A stretch of 64,000 nt of DNA from assembly GCA_951406725.2 (NCBI GenBank), contig OX597825.1, positions 45,632,001 to 45,696,000 on the forward strand, read 5' to 3'. Position numbers and translations under genes: made by a program. Position 1 is the first letter of the stretch; each line of letters begins with the position of its first letter. Positions 26,862 to 39,300 of this stretch are shown piece after piece. This DNA is from Octopus vulgaris. Its lineage: Eukaryota. The notes beneath the pieces were generated by a model. The model ran no database searches, was not told where the DNA came from, and saw only the letters and a program-made list of their open reading frames with translations.

Positions 26862-28477
26862 ATCTGGTGGTCAATGCAGAAACTGGGGATAGACGAGTGG
26901 TTGGTAAGAGCTGTACAAGCCCTGTACAGGGATACTGTCTGTAAGGTGAGGGTTAGCAACGAGTATAGTGAAGAATTCCGAGTAAAAGTAGGGGTTCACC
27001 AAGGATCAGTCCTCAGTCCTCTCTTATTCATTATAGTCTTCCAGGCAGTAACAGAGGAATTCAAGACAAGTTGCCCCTGGGAGCTCCTCTGTGCTGATGA
27101 CCTTGCCTTAATAGTCAAGTCACTGCCAGAACTGGAGACAAGTTTAGGGTGTGGAAGTAAGGTCTAGAATCGAAAGGCCTAGGGGCAACCTAGAAAAAAC
27201 TGAAGTCTTAGTAAGTAGGAAAGCTGTCAAACCACAATCCCCTTCAGGTAGATATCCCTGCACAATCTATAGAAAAGGCGTGGGTAGAAACTCCATACGA
27301 TGTACTTGGTGTACGCTATGGACACATAAAAGGTGCAACAATATCAAAGGAGAAATAAACACTGAAGATGCACAGAAAACAGATTCCATCACATACCAGT
27401 GAGAGAAACTAGAAGTAGTTAATAGCTTCCGCTACCTAGGCAACCAAGGCTTTAGTTGGGGTGGTTGCTCTGAGAGTGTAGCAGCTAGAATAAGAACAGC
27501 CTGGGCAAAGTTCAGGGAGCTCCTACTTCTGCTGGCAACTAAGGGCCTCTTGCTCAGGATGAAAGGTAGACTGTATGATGCATGTGTGCAAATTGCCATG
27601 CTACACAGCAGTGAAACATGAGCCATGACTACTGAGGACATGCGCAGGCTTGAAAGAAATGAAGCTAGTATGATCCACTGGATGTGTAATGTCAGTGTGC
27701 ATACACGACAGCGTGTAAGTGCCCTGAGTTGGTCATAAGAAGCATCAAATGTGAGAGAGACAACTGCGCTGGTATGGTCATGTACTATGAATGGATGAGG
27801 ACAGCTGCATGAGGAAGTTCCACTCCATAACTGTGGAAGAGGTAGATCCAGGAAAACATTGGATGAGGTGGTGAAGCATGACCTTTAAACATTGGGCTTC
27901 ACAGAAGCAATGATAGGAGACTGAGACCTTTGGAGATATGTTGTGATTGAGAAGACCCAGCAACTAAAGTGATATTGCAGCCATGCATGTCCAGCCCAGT
28001 TAAGAGTACCCCTGATGCATTGTGCGATATGATATGCTTGAGAAGACCTGTTGAATTAAGTAAAACCAATATCATAGCTGTTGCCAGTGCCCTCAGTGGC
28101 ACCTAATAAGTACCATCTGAATGTGGTCAATGCCAGGTCTGTCTGATGGGCTCCCATGCACATAAAAAGAACCAATCTGAATGTGGTCAATGCCAGTACC
28201 CGCTGACTGGCTCCTGTGTCGGTGGCATGTAAAAAGCACCATCTGAATGTGGTCGATGCCAAGTCCGTCTGATTGGCCCCTGTGCTGGTAGCATGTAAAA
28301 GGCACCCACTACACTCTTGAAGTGGTTGGCATTAGGAAGGGCATCCAGCTGTAGAAACATTGCCAGATCAGATTGGAGCCTGGTGCAGTTGCTGGCACTC
28401 CAGACCTCAATCAAACTGTCCAACCCATGCCTGCATGGAAAATAGTCGTTAAACAATGATTATGATGATGATGATGA
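26862..28477 (+). mobile_element. RTE-X-like LINE, 5'-truncated, (GAT)n tail
   Basis: GVHQGSVLSPLLF, LLCADDL and a PHD-like insertion (SIRCTWCTLWTHKRC). The 3'UTR ends in gatgatgatg. Confidence 0.85.
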
Positions 28478-28829
28478 CATACAAATATATATATCAAATT
28501 AAATACAAAACTAAAAGAGCTACTAATTGTTTCATGTTAATATGATGCTTCAACAGGCATATCTATAAAATATGCCATGTATATTAAAGCAATCTTTCAG
28601 GCTCTGTTTATGCATTATACATATTTTTTTTAAACCAATGATGCTGGACAGTAAGAAAATAAGAAAAGACATGGAAAAAACATGAAGTAGGTTGGTGCAA
28701 GAAATGGAATAAGAAAAAAGAAGCAAAATTAAGAACTAAGATCCTTGTCCTCACTTATTGCAGAAAGCTCATTAAATAGAACTAGTTTAGAAAAAAAAAA
28801 ATAACACAAAATATGAAAGTCCAGAAATC

Positions 28830-29270
28830 TAAGTGTGATCTTAAATAATCATTGCATTCCACTACTGCTTCACATATAGCCAGAAAATTACCCTTATTGT
28901 TTGATTCTTCTGTTTCACCATGTCCTCCAAGTGGTAATTCTTGATAGGCCCAAATTTCAATACAATGAATTAACCTTTTCGTTATATCATGATTAGTCTC
29001 AACTGATCTATTATGGAACTGAATTGAAACTTCTTTTCAGTAATCAATTACTTTATCAATTTGTTGTCAGTCAAAGTTTTCAGAACAATTAGGGAACTCT
29101 ATGTAAGTTCCATAGAGAAGATTTATTCATTGATAGCATGAGGAAACATGTTTAGTTAGTTCACATTGGAAGTTTTGATGGCAAACCTAACTCTATTTAG
29201 CCTTTGATATTCATTTTGCCTTCCCTTGTAAAATAATATGTAGCAGGTTTCAATTTCTGTTCATTGTTTT
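28830..29270 (-). mobile_element. Degenerate hAT transposase fragment (ZMYM1/Tip100-like, DUF4371 region)
   Basis: The minus strand at ~28850-28950 reads AYQELPLGGHGETEESNNKGNFLAICEAVV. This resembles the Q.LPLRGH.E...NxGNFL motif of this hAT group. Confidence 0.55.
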
Positions 29271-29330
29271 TCATTAGGTAGTCATGTTTTACAATGCAAT
29301 GTCAAAATTATATCTCTTCAGTTCTTTCTT

Positions 29331-30860
29331 TTGATGTTTCGAAGTTACCAGGTAAATATAAAATTTGGTGCTTGCAGTTCGGCTTGTACCCGCGACTTGC
29401 GTGGCCACTTTTAATATACGAAGTAGCATTGTCACGAGTTGAAAAGATTGAACAAAAATGTAATGTGTTCATTAGAAAGTGGCTAGGTCTACCTTGTATG
29501 TTGAACAGCTCAGCTCTTTATCGTAAAAGAGGTTCGTTGCAGTTACCAATAGCATCAATAGTTGAAATATATATAAGTTGGGGAAGATACGGACGGTCAT
29601 GATCCTGAGAGAATCGAAGGATATGGAAATCAGGCGTAACCCACCAGAGGTGAAAACAGCCAGGAAGTGGAAAGCAGAAGCAGAAACTGACAACATCTTG
29701 TCTTCTCTTATACACAGAGGTATGGTGGAAGCAACGCAGAACCATCGGAAAGGATTTGGTTTTGGCGCAGATCAGTTCAGACCGTTTGCAAGCATGATGT
29801 TGCGTGAACGCAGATCTGTTGTTAGCAACAGTGTCAAAACAAGAGAAGCAGAGAGAAGAGAGCTTCATTTGATCCGATGTGTTCATCAAGGTCAGATGAC
29901 GAGATGGGAAGAACATGTTGTTGAGAGGAAGATAAGTTGGGATGCGATGTGGAAGTGGACGACATCTCGGCTGAGTTTCCTGATTCGTTCATCTTATGAT
30001 GTTTTGCCATCACCTACGAATCTAGTAAGATGGAACGTCTTAGAGAATGACATCTGCAAATGTGGAAAAGTCGGTACACTAAAACATATTCTTTCCAACT
30101 GTTCATTAGCATTGAACAGGTACACATGGAGGCACAACTTGGTCCTTAAGGTTATCTTCAATGCTATAAAGAACCAAATTCATCTCAACAACACTGAGGA
30201 AAAATCGTTAAAAGTACCATCAAGAGAGTTCATTACCTTCGTGCGACCAGGTCAGCAAATCCGTTTCAAGAAGAAGACCAAGAAACTTCCTGAGAAAAAT
30301 GAAAAGTGGAACGGCTATTGGGAGGTAACTGCAGATTTACCTGGGTGCCAGGTTTTCTTTCCCATCTCAGTTTCGAAACAACCAGATATTTTGATGTGGT
30401 GTGAAAGAAAGTTGTATATATAGTCGAGCTAACGGTTCCTCACGAAGATAATATGGACGCCGCTCGAGCTCGAAAATTAAACCGTTATGAAAACCTCCTC
30501 GAGGAATGTGAAGACGCAGGCTGGAAAGCGGAACATTTTCCTATCGAAGTCGGATGTAGAGGGTTTGTAGGACACAGCGTGAGACGACTGTTGATATCGT
30601 TAGGCCTAACTCATCGTAAAGTCAATACCACCATGACTGATATCCAATCTACAGTGGAGAAGGCTAGCCACTGGATTTGGTTAAAAAGAGACGATGAGCG
30701 ATGGCTAGAAGTATATTGAGTTCTTCATAACCAGCTGATCTAGCAAGCGGGGCCTCATATCAGTAAGGGGGGCCAGTGCGCATTGATGCCGTCGAGAGGC
30801 AGGCCCCGAAACGGCGTGCATTCTCTCCTGATGACCCCATACACTTGCTAGCTTCTGATA
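29331..30860 (+). mobile_element. Hero-clade (R2 superfamily, RLE) non-LTR retrotransposon, 3' portion
   Basis: Thumb region LPGKYKIWCLQFGLYPRLAWPLLIYEV and RKWLGLP. CCHC motif CKCGKVGTLKHILSNC and YTWRHN. RLE motifs PDIL, ELTVP, ARKLNRY and PIEVGCRGF. Two frameshifts. Confidence 0.85.
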
Positions 30861-31760
30861 TACAGAGCTTTTAACTGGTAGCACTTGCATGTGCAAGTTG
30901 TTTGCAAGACATCATTTCAAGTCCCCAAAAACAATGCAGTCTGAGAAAATTTTCTTTGGCTATCGTCACAGTCAGGATGAACTTGTCAGATATGATCATC
31001 TAACCAAATTGGTATTGAGACGAGATTTTTAGGTTATATTTTTTAAGCTCCCCCTGATTGATGCAGAACCAAAATAGGTTCATTAAAGTTGAGCCAAAAT
31101 TTCAATGATGTCTTAGTTCATTGAAATGACAACCATTTCATTGCACCTTTCCCTGTTAGACTCTTCCTACTGATCCTGACCAATGTTTCAGAAACTGAAG
31201 TTGGTGGGTGCCATCTGCATGATTGAGGGATTTGACTTACAGCCTCCTATCAGGAAAATAAAACTTTAAAATGTTGGAGGGTGATTTAGTTGTTATTTCT
31301 AGCAAGTCCTATGACACATGAAAAAAATCCACTTGGACATGAGTTCAAACTGTGAACATTGTTTGAGTTGTGTCCTATGTCTCAGGGCTTCTTGAGGAGT
31401 GTATCTTTTGAAAAAGGACTCAATAATCTGGATCTCTGCTAAGAAGTACTTTCCCATTGAGGTAAAGTATGGTATATTTAATATATTTTTCAGAATAATA
31501 ATAGCTTTACCAAAACAATAAATATAGTGCAGTAAATTTAGGCATCATTAAATATATTATCAAAAGCTGGTATGAAATGAATATCAACAAGAAAAATGGT
31601 GGTGGTGGTGGTGGCAACAGTGATATACTATTGGATGAAATTCACAACTGCTGTCAACTGGATTTAAAAGAAAAATGAAGGAAATAATTGATGGGATAAC
31701 TTGTGTTGGTTAGGAAATCAAAAGATTGACAGACCAGAAAAGTTTGTCTTAGTATATCCC

Positions 31761-33146
31761 CATCATCATCATACATCTGTTGTCCATGCTGACATGGATT
31801 GCATGGTTTGACCAGGACTCGTAAGCTGAGGGGCTGCACCAGACTCCAATCTGATTTGGCATGGTTTCTATGGCTGGATGCCCTCCCTAACACCAATCAT
31901 TTTTAGAGTGTCATGGGTGCTTAAACATGCCAGTTGCGTAACACCAGTATCTACGATGATTTCACTTGGCTTGATGGGTTTTCTACTAAGCATGGCATAT
32001 TGCCAAAAGTGAGGCCCAACACTTGAAAGGTGCTTTTTATGTGCCAGTTATGTAACACTAGCATTGGCCATAACTATGACTTCACTTGGCTTGATGGGTC
32101 TTGTCAAACACAGCATATCGCCAATGGTCTTGGTCACTAGTCATTGCCTCTGTGAGGGCCAACATTTCAAGATCATGCTTCACCACCTTGTCCCATGTCC
32201 TCCTGGGTATACCTCTTCCACAGGTTCACTCCACAGTTAGAGATCATCACTTCTTTACTCAGTTGTCCTTGTCCATATGCATTACATGAACCAGCACAGT
32301 CATCTCTTTTGCCCACCACATCTGATGCTTTTTATGCCCAACTTTTTTCTCAGGATGCTTACACTGTTAAACATGCACACTGACATTTCTTTCAAGCTTA
32401 CACATCCTCAATGGTCACTGCCCATGTTTCATTGCCATGTAGCATAGTTGTTTGCACACAAGCATCATAAGTCTGCTTTTTACTCTGAGAGAGAGGTCCT
32501 TTGTTGCCAACAGAGGTAGCAGCTCTCTGAACTTTGTCCAACCTATTCGTATTCTTGCAGCTATGCTCTCAGAGCATTCACCTCCACTACTGACTTGGAT
32601 ACCTAGATAATGGAAGCTATCAACTACCTCTAGCTCCCCACTCCTAGCATTTGATGGAGTTTATTTTACATACATTTTTAGTGTTATTGTACCTGTGCAC
32701 CTTCCACACTCAAAAGCTATTTTCCTAGTTAACCATCCTCTGGTATTGCTGCACCTCTTATGTGTCCATAGCTTACCCTGGGTACATTTTATTGAATTTC
32801 TACCTATGCTTTTTTTACTGATTGAGCAGGGCCACCTGTTTGAAGGCATCTGTGATTTGTCTGCCTTCCTACTTACTAAGACTTTGGTTTTTGCAAGGTT
32901 AATTCCAGACCTTGCTTCCACACCTGAAATTTCTTTGCTAGTTCTGGTATTGATTCAGCTATAAGAACAAGGTCATCAGCATAGAGGAGCTCCCAGGGGC
33001 AGTCTGTCTTAAATTCCTCTGTTATTGCCTGGAGGACTATGATAAACAGGGAAGGGGCTGAGGATTGATCCTTGGTGAACCCCTACTTGTACTCTGAATA
33101 CATTACTGTACTCATTGCCAACCCTCACCTTACTGACTGTATCTCA
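31761..33146 (-). mobile_element. RTE-X-like LINE, 5'-truncated, degenerate
   Basis: Same family as 26862-28477 (INLAKTKVL, LWTHKRCS). (CAT)n tail at 31761. Confidence 0.8.
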
Positions 33147-33479
33147 GTATGAATATGCAAGCATTATAATCATAATTTCTTTTTAAAATTCCACAAAGAA
33201 TAAAAAACGTAAATGTAGGAATGAAGTGCTTATTACAATTTAAAAAAAAAAAAGAAAAGTGTTTATTTTTTATTCTAATTTTCCCTTTTTATTTTGAATG
33301 TCCCAAACACATGACATGGCACTGCATGTGATACTCTGGATGACTGCTCAGGTTGCTGATGCTGTTAGCAACATATCTAGTCTACCCTGTAGAATAGATA
33401 TATTACATTATTGACTTCAGTTGTTTATTCTCAGAGTTTACACTCTATAGACAGATAAAACAAATATTCATGGCTGTGG

Positions 33480-34930
33480 TTGACAAAAGACTACAGGTGG
33501 AACCCTTCCACAGGTGAAGACTCATTCAATCCTTGCTGTTCTCACTCAGGCAAAGTGTATGAGCTAAGGGGTGAAATACTTGTGAGCTTGAGATACCTGC
33601 TGATGATATAGAAAAGCTTCTGACCATGTGAAGAGAAGTTTGCAATATTCCTGAGTAGCTCCTGTAGTTTCCATGTGGATCTAAGCATCACCAAAGTTTA
33701 TTTCACATGTAATGTTATGACTATGGAGAAAGGCCCATTGGCAATGAGGAAAGACCCATTGACATCTGTGAACAAAATGGACAACAGCTTAGAAAGATGG
33801 CAGCAAGCTAGAAGCATGAAACTGAGGGAAGACTACCAAGCAGACTAAGGAGTGGGAAGATAATCTGCTAAAAAGGACAGAGCACAGAGTTAATGACTCA
33901 CATAAGAGTTGTCAGACTACAAGATAGGACAATGGTAAGACAGTGAGGTAAAACCAGAAGGAAATGCAATGTCTGTGGTGGAGTATTGAAGAGCAAACAA
34001 GGCATGATGATTTGTCAAGGCAAATCAAAGTACCACAGTAACACAAATACTACTCAGAGGCCTAGTTCTGCAAGTAATAGCACTGCTTGTCTGTCAGAAA
34101 AGGCCCAAGGCCAGGAGGCAAATAACAGTGCCCAAGGTAGTGAAACAAGAAAAGTGGATAAATCTGGAATTCCTGAGGGCTCCAAGAAGAAACTATGGTT
34201 GAATTTACCACCAGCAGCAGATCTGAGATAAGCTTAGTTGGACAGAGACTTGAACAAGAGAGTAAAAAGCATAGTTCAAGTGGTATAGCTGACATGCTAA
34301 GATGCCTTTGGTATAAAGGAATGAAAAACCAACAAGCAACATGATACCAGTGAGAGGCAGTGTCAGATAGCAGAAATGAGGCAAGAAGTATGACTACTGA
34401 AAAAAAGGTGTAAAGAAGATAAAGGAAAAGTGGGCTTAAATTAGCTTAGCTCAGAGTCATGAAGAAACCTATTCCATTTTGCAGGGCAGAGTCACTCTGG
34501 AAAAAGCATAGATAGATAGATAGATGGAGAGAGAGAGAGAGAGTCTTTTTTTAATAACCCCTTCAAGTTTGTAACTGACCTTCTCAGCAAACCAAAAAGC
34601 GGAAGGCTGATATGTTCCAGAGAAGAGATGAAAAGCAAGGTAGTGGCAGTACATGGGAACCCCAGAAGAAATATTCCATTGACAAATTGTTCCTTTGCAC
34701 TGCCAAAACTCAAACTCCACACACCTTTCAACATAGCAGACTTCAGGGTTTGATTAATTTTGAAAGATCTCCCTGTTAGATGTTGGGGGGGAAAGATTTT
34801 TTGGTCCATTATTACCAAAAGATTAATATCATATCTACAGACCAAAAAGTGGGGGTCCCTAAGTACTCTGGATGCATACATCAGCAATCAGCCATGTAAT
34901 TAAGGAGGCAAAGAGAAACAACTTTGGAGA
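33480..34930 (+). mobile_element. Hero-clade LINE 5'/N-terminal fragment, degenerate
   Basis: ~34550-34635 reads FNNPFKFVTDLLSKPKSGRLICSREEMK. ~34840-34920 reads QK..VP.YSGC...VIKEAKR (start of RT). The 5' boundary is uncertain. Confidence 0.55.
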
Positions 34931-36110
34931 AACTCATTCCTTTTTGTTATTCACCTATTCAGTGATAAGCGGCTGGTCAACTGATGCTGCTGTGATTCTG
35001 ACATATTTTTCACTTGAGAGTTTCATAAGAGACAATGCCAAACAGAAATATCAAATTTTAGATCTATGGCAGGATGTCTGGCAGAAGGAGGCTGTTCACA
35101 AATGAAATGCAGGTGTTATCTGACGTGATATGTCAAAGTGTGCATCGAAGTATATCAACCACATAGCTGGATCACATATCCAGCATGTTGAGACTCTCAG
35201 GGACATGCTTTGGGTTGGTGTTGGTGATATTGCAGGTAGCATTTCAAGTGATATGTTGATATCAAAGTTGTTATTTGAAGTTGCTTGATATATTGATGAA
35301 AAACTGCATAGTATTTGTGAGACAGGGTCACCAGTGTCACAACAAAATATTTGGTTGACGAAAATTTTTAGCTGAGAAATATATACATGTTGCTTCCAAT
35401 ATTAAAAATCTGATGTGGAGATTTACTGCAAGAATGAAGTGATTTTTCTCAGGCCTTTAATGCTATACATGCAGGTTGGGCATCATACAATCTAATTTAT
35501 TTTCTCTAAACGTTTTACTGTACCTAAAAACATTAATGTCTGGAATATCTTGTAAGTGTGAAAATGACCAAACAAACTGTAAATAAATAAGGAATAAATT
35601 ACTTTTCAGAACTATTTTCATTTGGTATCTTAGCAAAAAAGGAATTCTATACCAGTGACGTAGCCAGTGATACCCAAGGTAGCTCTTTCGTTTACGCCCC
35701 CAACGCCCAATATAGGCTTATATAGCAAAACCGAAAGTGTTGCCGCTCGGGACGGGCTGTCCCCATATTTATTTTTACATCAAATTGATTCAATTTCCTC
35801 AACTCATTATGAAGTCTATAGTTACTTTATCATTGAAATCAATAATACTTGTGAAATCATTATTTATTTCTGAAGAATTATTTTATCATTAATTTCAACA
35901 GTAAGTTTTTTTTTTCTTTTACTCTGTTGTTTCAATTTGTTTTGTTTGGTTTTCTGTAATAAGATTAAAAATAAAAATAGAAATCATCAAAAAACTGGTT
36001 TTAAAAAATTACTACAATTTTTTTAAAGTTGCGTTCTTTAGAGAGAAATATTTAAAATAAATAAAAACGCTCACCGAATTTTCTAATTTTGGAATTACTT
36101 AGAGAAAATA

Positions 36111-36200
36111 TTAACCAATCAAAAGAATTCTTTTAATTTTTTCTTTAAAATTATCCAATGAAACTGCTCGTAGCAACCGGCGTCACACATATAAATTCTC
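36111..36200 (+). promoter_or_regulatory. Putative YBX core promoter (two CCAAT boxes, CRE half-site, TATA-like box)
   Basis: ttaaccaatcaa at 36111-36122, ccaat at ~36155, cgtca at 36181 and tataaat at ~36190. These lie about 120-210 bp upstream of the ATG. Confidence 0.5.
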
Positions 36201-36317
36201 GTAGTCGTCATCATGAGTAGAGGTGAACAAAGAACGAAAGAGGGAGAGAGAGAGATTGTGAGTGTCCAGTGACCGTAGGGTCGTGTGTTTAACATCTGAA
36301 GTGTACCATCAACAGCC

Positions 36318-36396
36318 ATGTCCGACTCTGAGAAACAACCAGAGGGGGAAGTGGAAGCTACAGAAAGACCTGCTGCAAGTGGAAAAAAGATAATAG
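36318..36396 (+). CDS. YBX1: YBX exon 1 ([26 protein letters not shown])
   Basis: ATG at 36318. Donor ag|gtagac, phase 1. Confidence 0.85.
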
Positions 36397-39300
36397 GTAG
36401 ACATTTTACTTATTTGGATGTCATTTGTTATCACTTCGCCATGGTTCCAGTGCGTGGCTATAAAGAGGGTATTTTATTCAGTCAGTAGCTATTGTGTAAA
36501 ATTATACATTATATTTCGTGACTGTTTTATAAAATATTCCTCTTATTAAAAAAAAAAAAGAAAGAAAAAATTCACCTCGTGGTTTTAAACTTATTAATAT
36601 ATTGTGCCTATTTTGCTGCCATTATTTCTGATACGATTTACCTTATCGTATCATAAGAAATGTCTTAATGTAGACGCTCTGTTTCGAACTTTTAGTGCTT
36701 GAATAATTTTTAAAGTGAACTCTAAAGGTACCACTCTTTCGTTATCTTTCCCCCCTTTTCGGATATAAACAGAACGAACGAAAAGGAATGTTCGTGCCTT
36801 CCCCACTTCACTAATGTGATTACACGATTATATATATCTTTTAGATGCATACATATAATATACACGCATATTTATACGCACATGGAAACCTTTCGAACCC
36901 CGTTTTAAACTAAAACAAATGCCCACTTAAAAAAAAAAAAAAAAAAATGAAGTGTGTTTTGTGCATATTCTGAACAATCTCTTCAGTTTTCGTTTTGTTT
37001 CTTTTTCAGCTTCCAAAGTATCCGGCACGGTTAAATGGTTTAACGTAAAAAGTGGATATGGCTTTATTAACCGGTTAGTAAATAAAATACTATCGCTTCT
37101 GTGTGAAAGGAAAAAATGTCTGTAAGGCTCGGTTCCAGCAATAATCTTGCTGTGTAGAATGTGTGGTATTTTGTACCCCTCCCCTACATCATGCAGGTTC
37201 ACGCCATTCCACTGTGGAATGTCTGCTTTTAGTTTGCGATTAGGTAAAATAACTGGAATCTTGGCTGACGTAAAAGTCGAAGCGTCGGTGTGTAGGAGTG
37301 CTTTTGGATCGTATATTGAGCTGATTGTTTTGTTGGGAAATATAGATGTTAATAGAAATCGATTTATACCTGTAGCAGACATATTTTTCAACGAAGTCCT
37401 TTATTTTTAGTTGTGGCTTGTGGGCTTCAGCAATGTGGCTGCCTTTTATATTCACTTGCTGTGAATTTATTTGACTGTAATTTTTTTTTGCTCTACACCT
37501 TCATGTGGAATCGACATATTTTTGTTACATTAGTTTTCTACCTAGATAGATTGTTTTATTGACACGTGGCAGATTAATAAAAAAGAATCTCTTAAATTTT
37601 TTTAGAAGCATTTTCGTTTTCTATTGGTTTCACCTGGTTTGCCTTGACTCTTTCAACCCTTTAAGTAGGTGGAGGACTACCTGTGCTTTTTCGGGTTTGT
37701 CCATACTTCTTATCCCACTACTATCAACTAGAATCATCGATGTAGTTCGCTCATAGTATTTTAGTTACAAACACGTGGTCTCTTCAATATATCAGGCTAC
37801 TACTACCTTTTTTGGTGTTCTCTTAATTCGTACTCCTTACAAAGTCTACTGATTCCCTATCGTTCTTGATTTCCTTTTTCTCTTTGTAACTCTGGTTAAT
37901 ATAAAAATTTGAATATTTTGTAACACATGATTTAAGGAATTTGTTTTAAATTTTGTAATTTAAATCTTTTGGTATGGCGTCTCTGCAATCGTTCAAACAA
38001 CCGTACCGTTACCCTTTTAACTGCATATTTAGGAAAATTTTTGTAATTTTTCAAATTAAATGGGAGTCACTCTGCTTGAAATGTAGCATTAAAATCAAAC
38101 TTTGAAATATTTAGCTTTTCATAATTTCTACTGCGTTGTAATTTTGATAAATATTCGTTTTTAACTTACTTCAGTCTGATGACGCACAAATCAGTTTTAT
38201 GTAGTTCAGATTGAATGTGGAGTACTCCCATCTATCGTTAGCCTCCTTATTTGGAGGTATTTTCCTGAAGCCCCCCCTCCCCTCTTATATATTTTGCACA
38301 TTTTTTAATATATATTACATTAGGAAGTCTATTTTGAAATGTGTTAACTGCCCGTATTTAATGTCTGCCACTAACGGAACTCTGGCTCACTCTGACGGCC
38401 ATTGTACTTCTCGTGGCTTTCGACGTCATCTTACTTTTTTTCAAAAGATATCGATAATAGTGATGCAGTTAACACTTGCTTTATACTAGTTTTTATTTAT
38501 TTTTTTTTTGTAGTTACACTTCTTAATTGTAGTGGCTGTGAATTAACCTACATTACTACTGATGTCTCACATTGTCCTCAATATCACCTATAAATAGTCT
38601 AAATTTAAAGCACATCTAATTTATTTCTAAATTTATCCTTAGATTTATCACTCCGTGTTACTCTATCTTTGAGATCCTAAGTTTGCAGAATTTTCGTCAA
38701 GGTTAGCTCTTACTGGAAGAAAACTGGTATCTAGGTCAACAAGTGAGATTTAGTTAGATGTCTGTTCCCGAGTTGTACTGGCAGTGTATGTCGCTAAATG
38801 GTTGACGACTAGTTAGTGGTAGTCTTTTTTTCAGCTCTAAATGAATCCCTTCACTATTTGCAATATAGGTATGATATTAAATTGTCGTTGTTAAGCACTT
38901 GATAAATTGTATGTGATCATAATACCATCGCAAGAATTAAAATTGGCTTTTTATGTTTGCAGGGAAGATACGAAGGAGGATGTTTTTGTACATCAGGTGA
39001 GTTTGAACTATTTGTGGGGTCGCGGTGTTCTGAAACGTTTTAATTTTGAAATATTTCGTAAATTTTTTAATTTTCATGAATGTTTATGCAAACTATGGAA
39101 AATTTATTGCAAACAAAAACAAATTGATAGTGCTTAATTTTTTATTAAAAAAAAAATTTCCTTTTAAAATGCTTTGTTGGTATAAATTCAACAGTTTGAC
39201 ACCTCAAAACATGTCAACTGAAATATAGTTAATAACTTGTGTACAAGTTTTTTCCGTAACGCTGGGATTTGTATTTTGAAACAGATTTATGGGTAATCAG

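Noticed and set aside
28112-28262. Three ~23-bp repeats (atctgaatgtggtc.atgcc) at ~60-67-bp spacing
   Set aside because: The intervening sequences are related to each other. This is tandem duplication within an RTE-X 3'UTR.
30800-30840. gaaac...ctgatga in the Hero 3'UTR as a type II hammerhead
   Set aside because: The stem II strands (cccc/cccc) cannot pair and the cleavage position would be G.
35653-35670. cagtgacgtagccag as a hAT TIR
   Set aside because: No partner TIR or 8-bp TSD was found, and the orientation does not fit the leftward hAT fragment.
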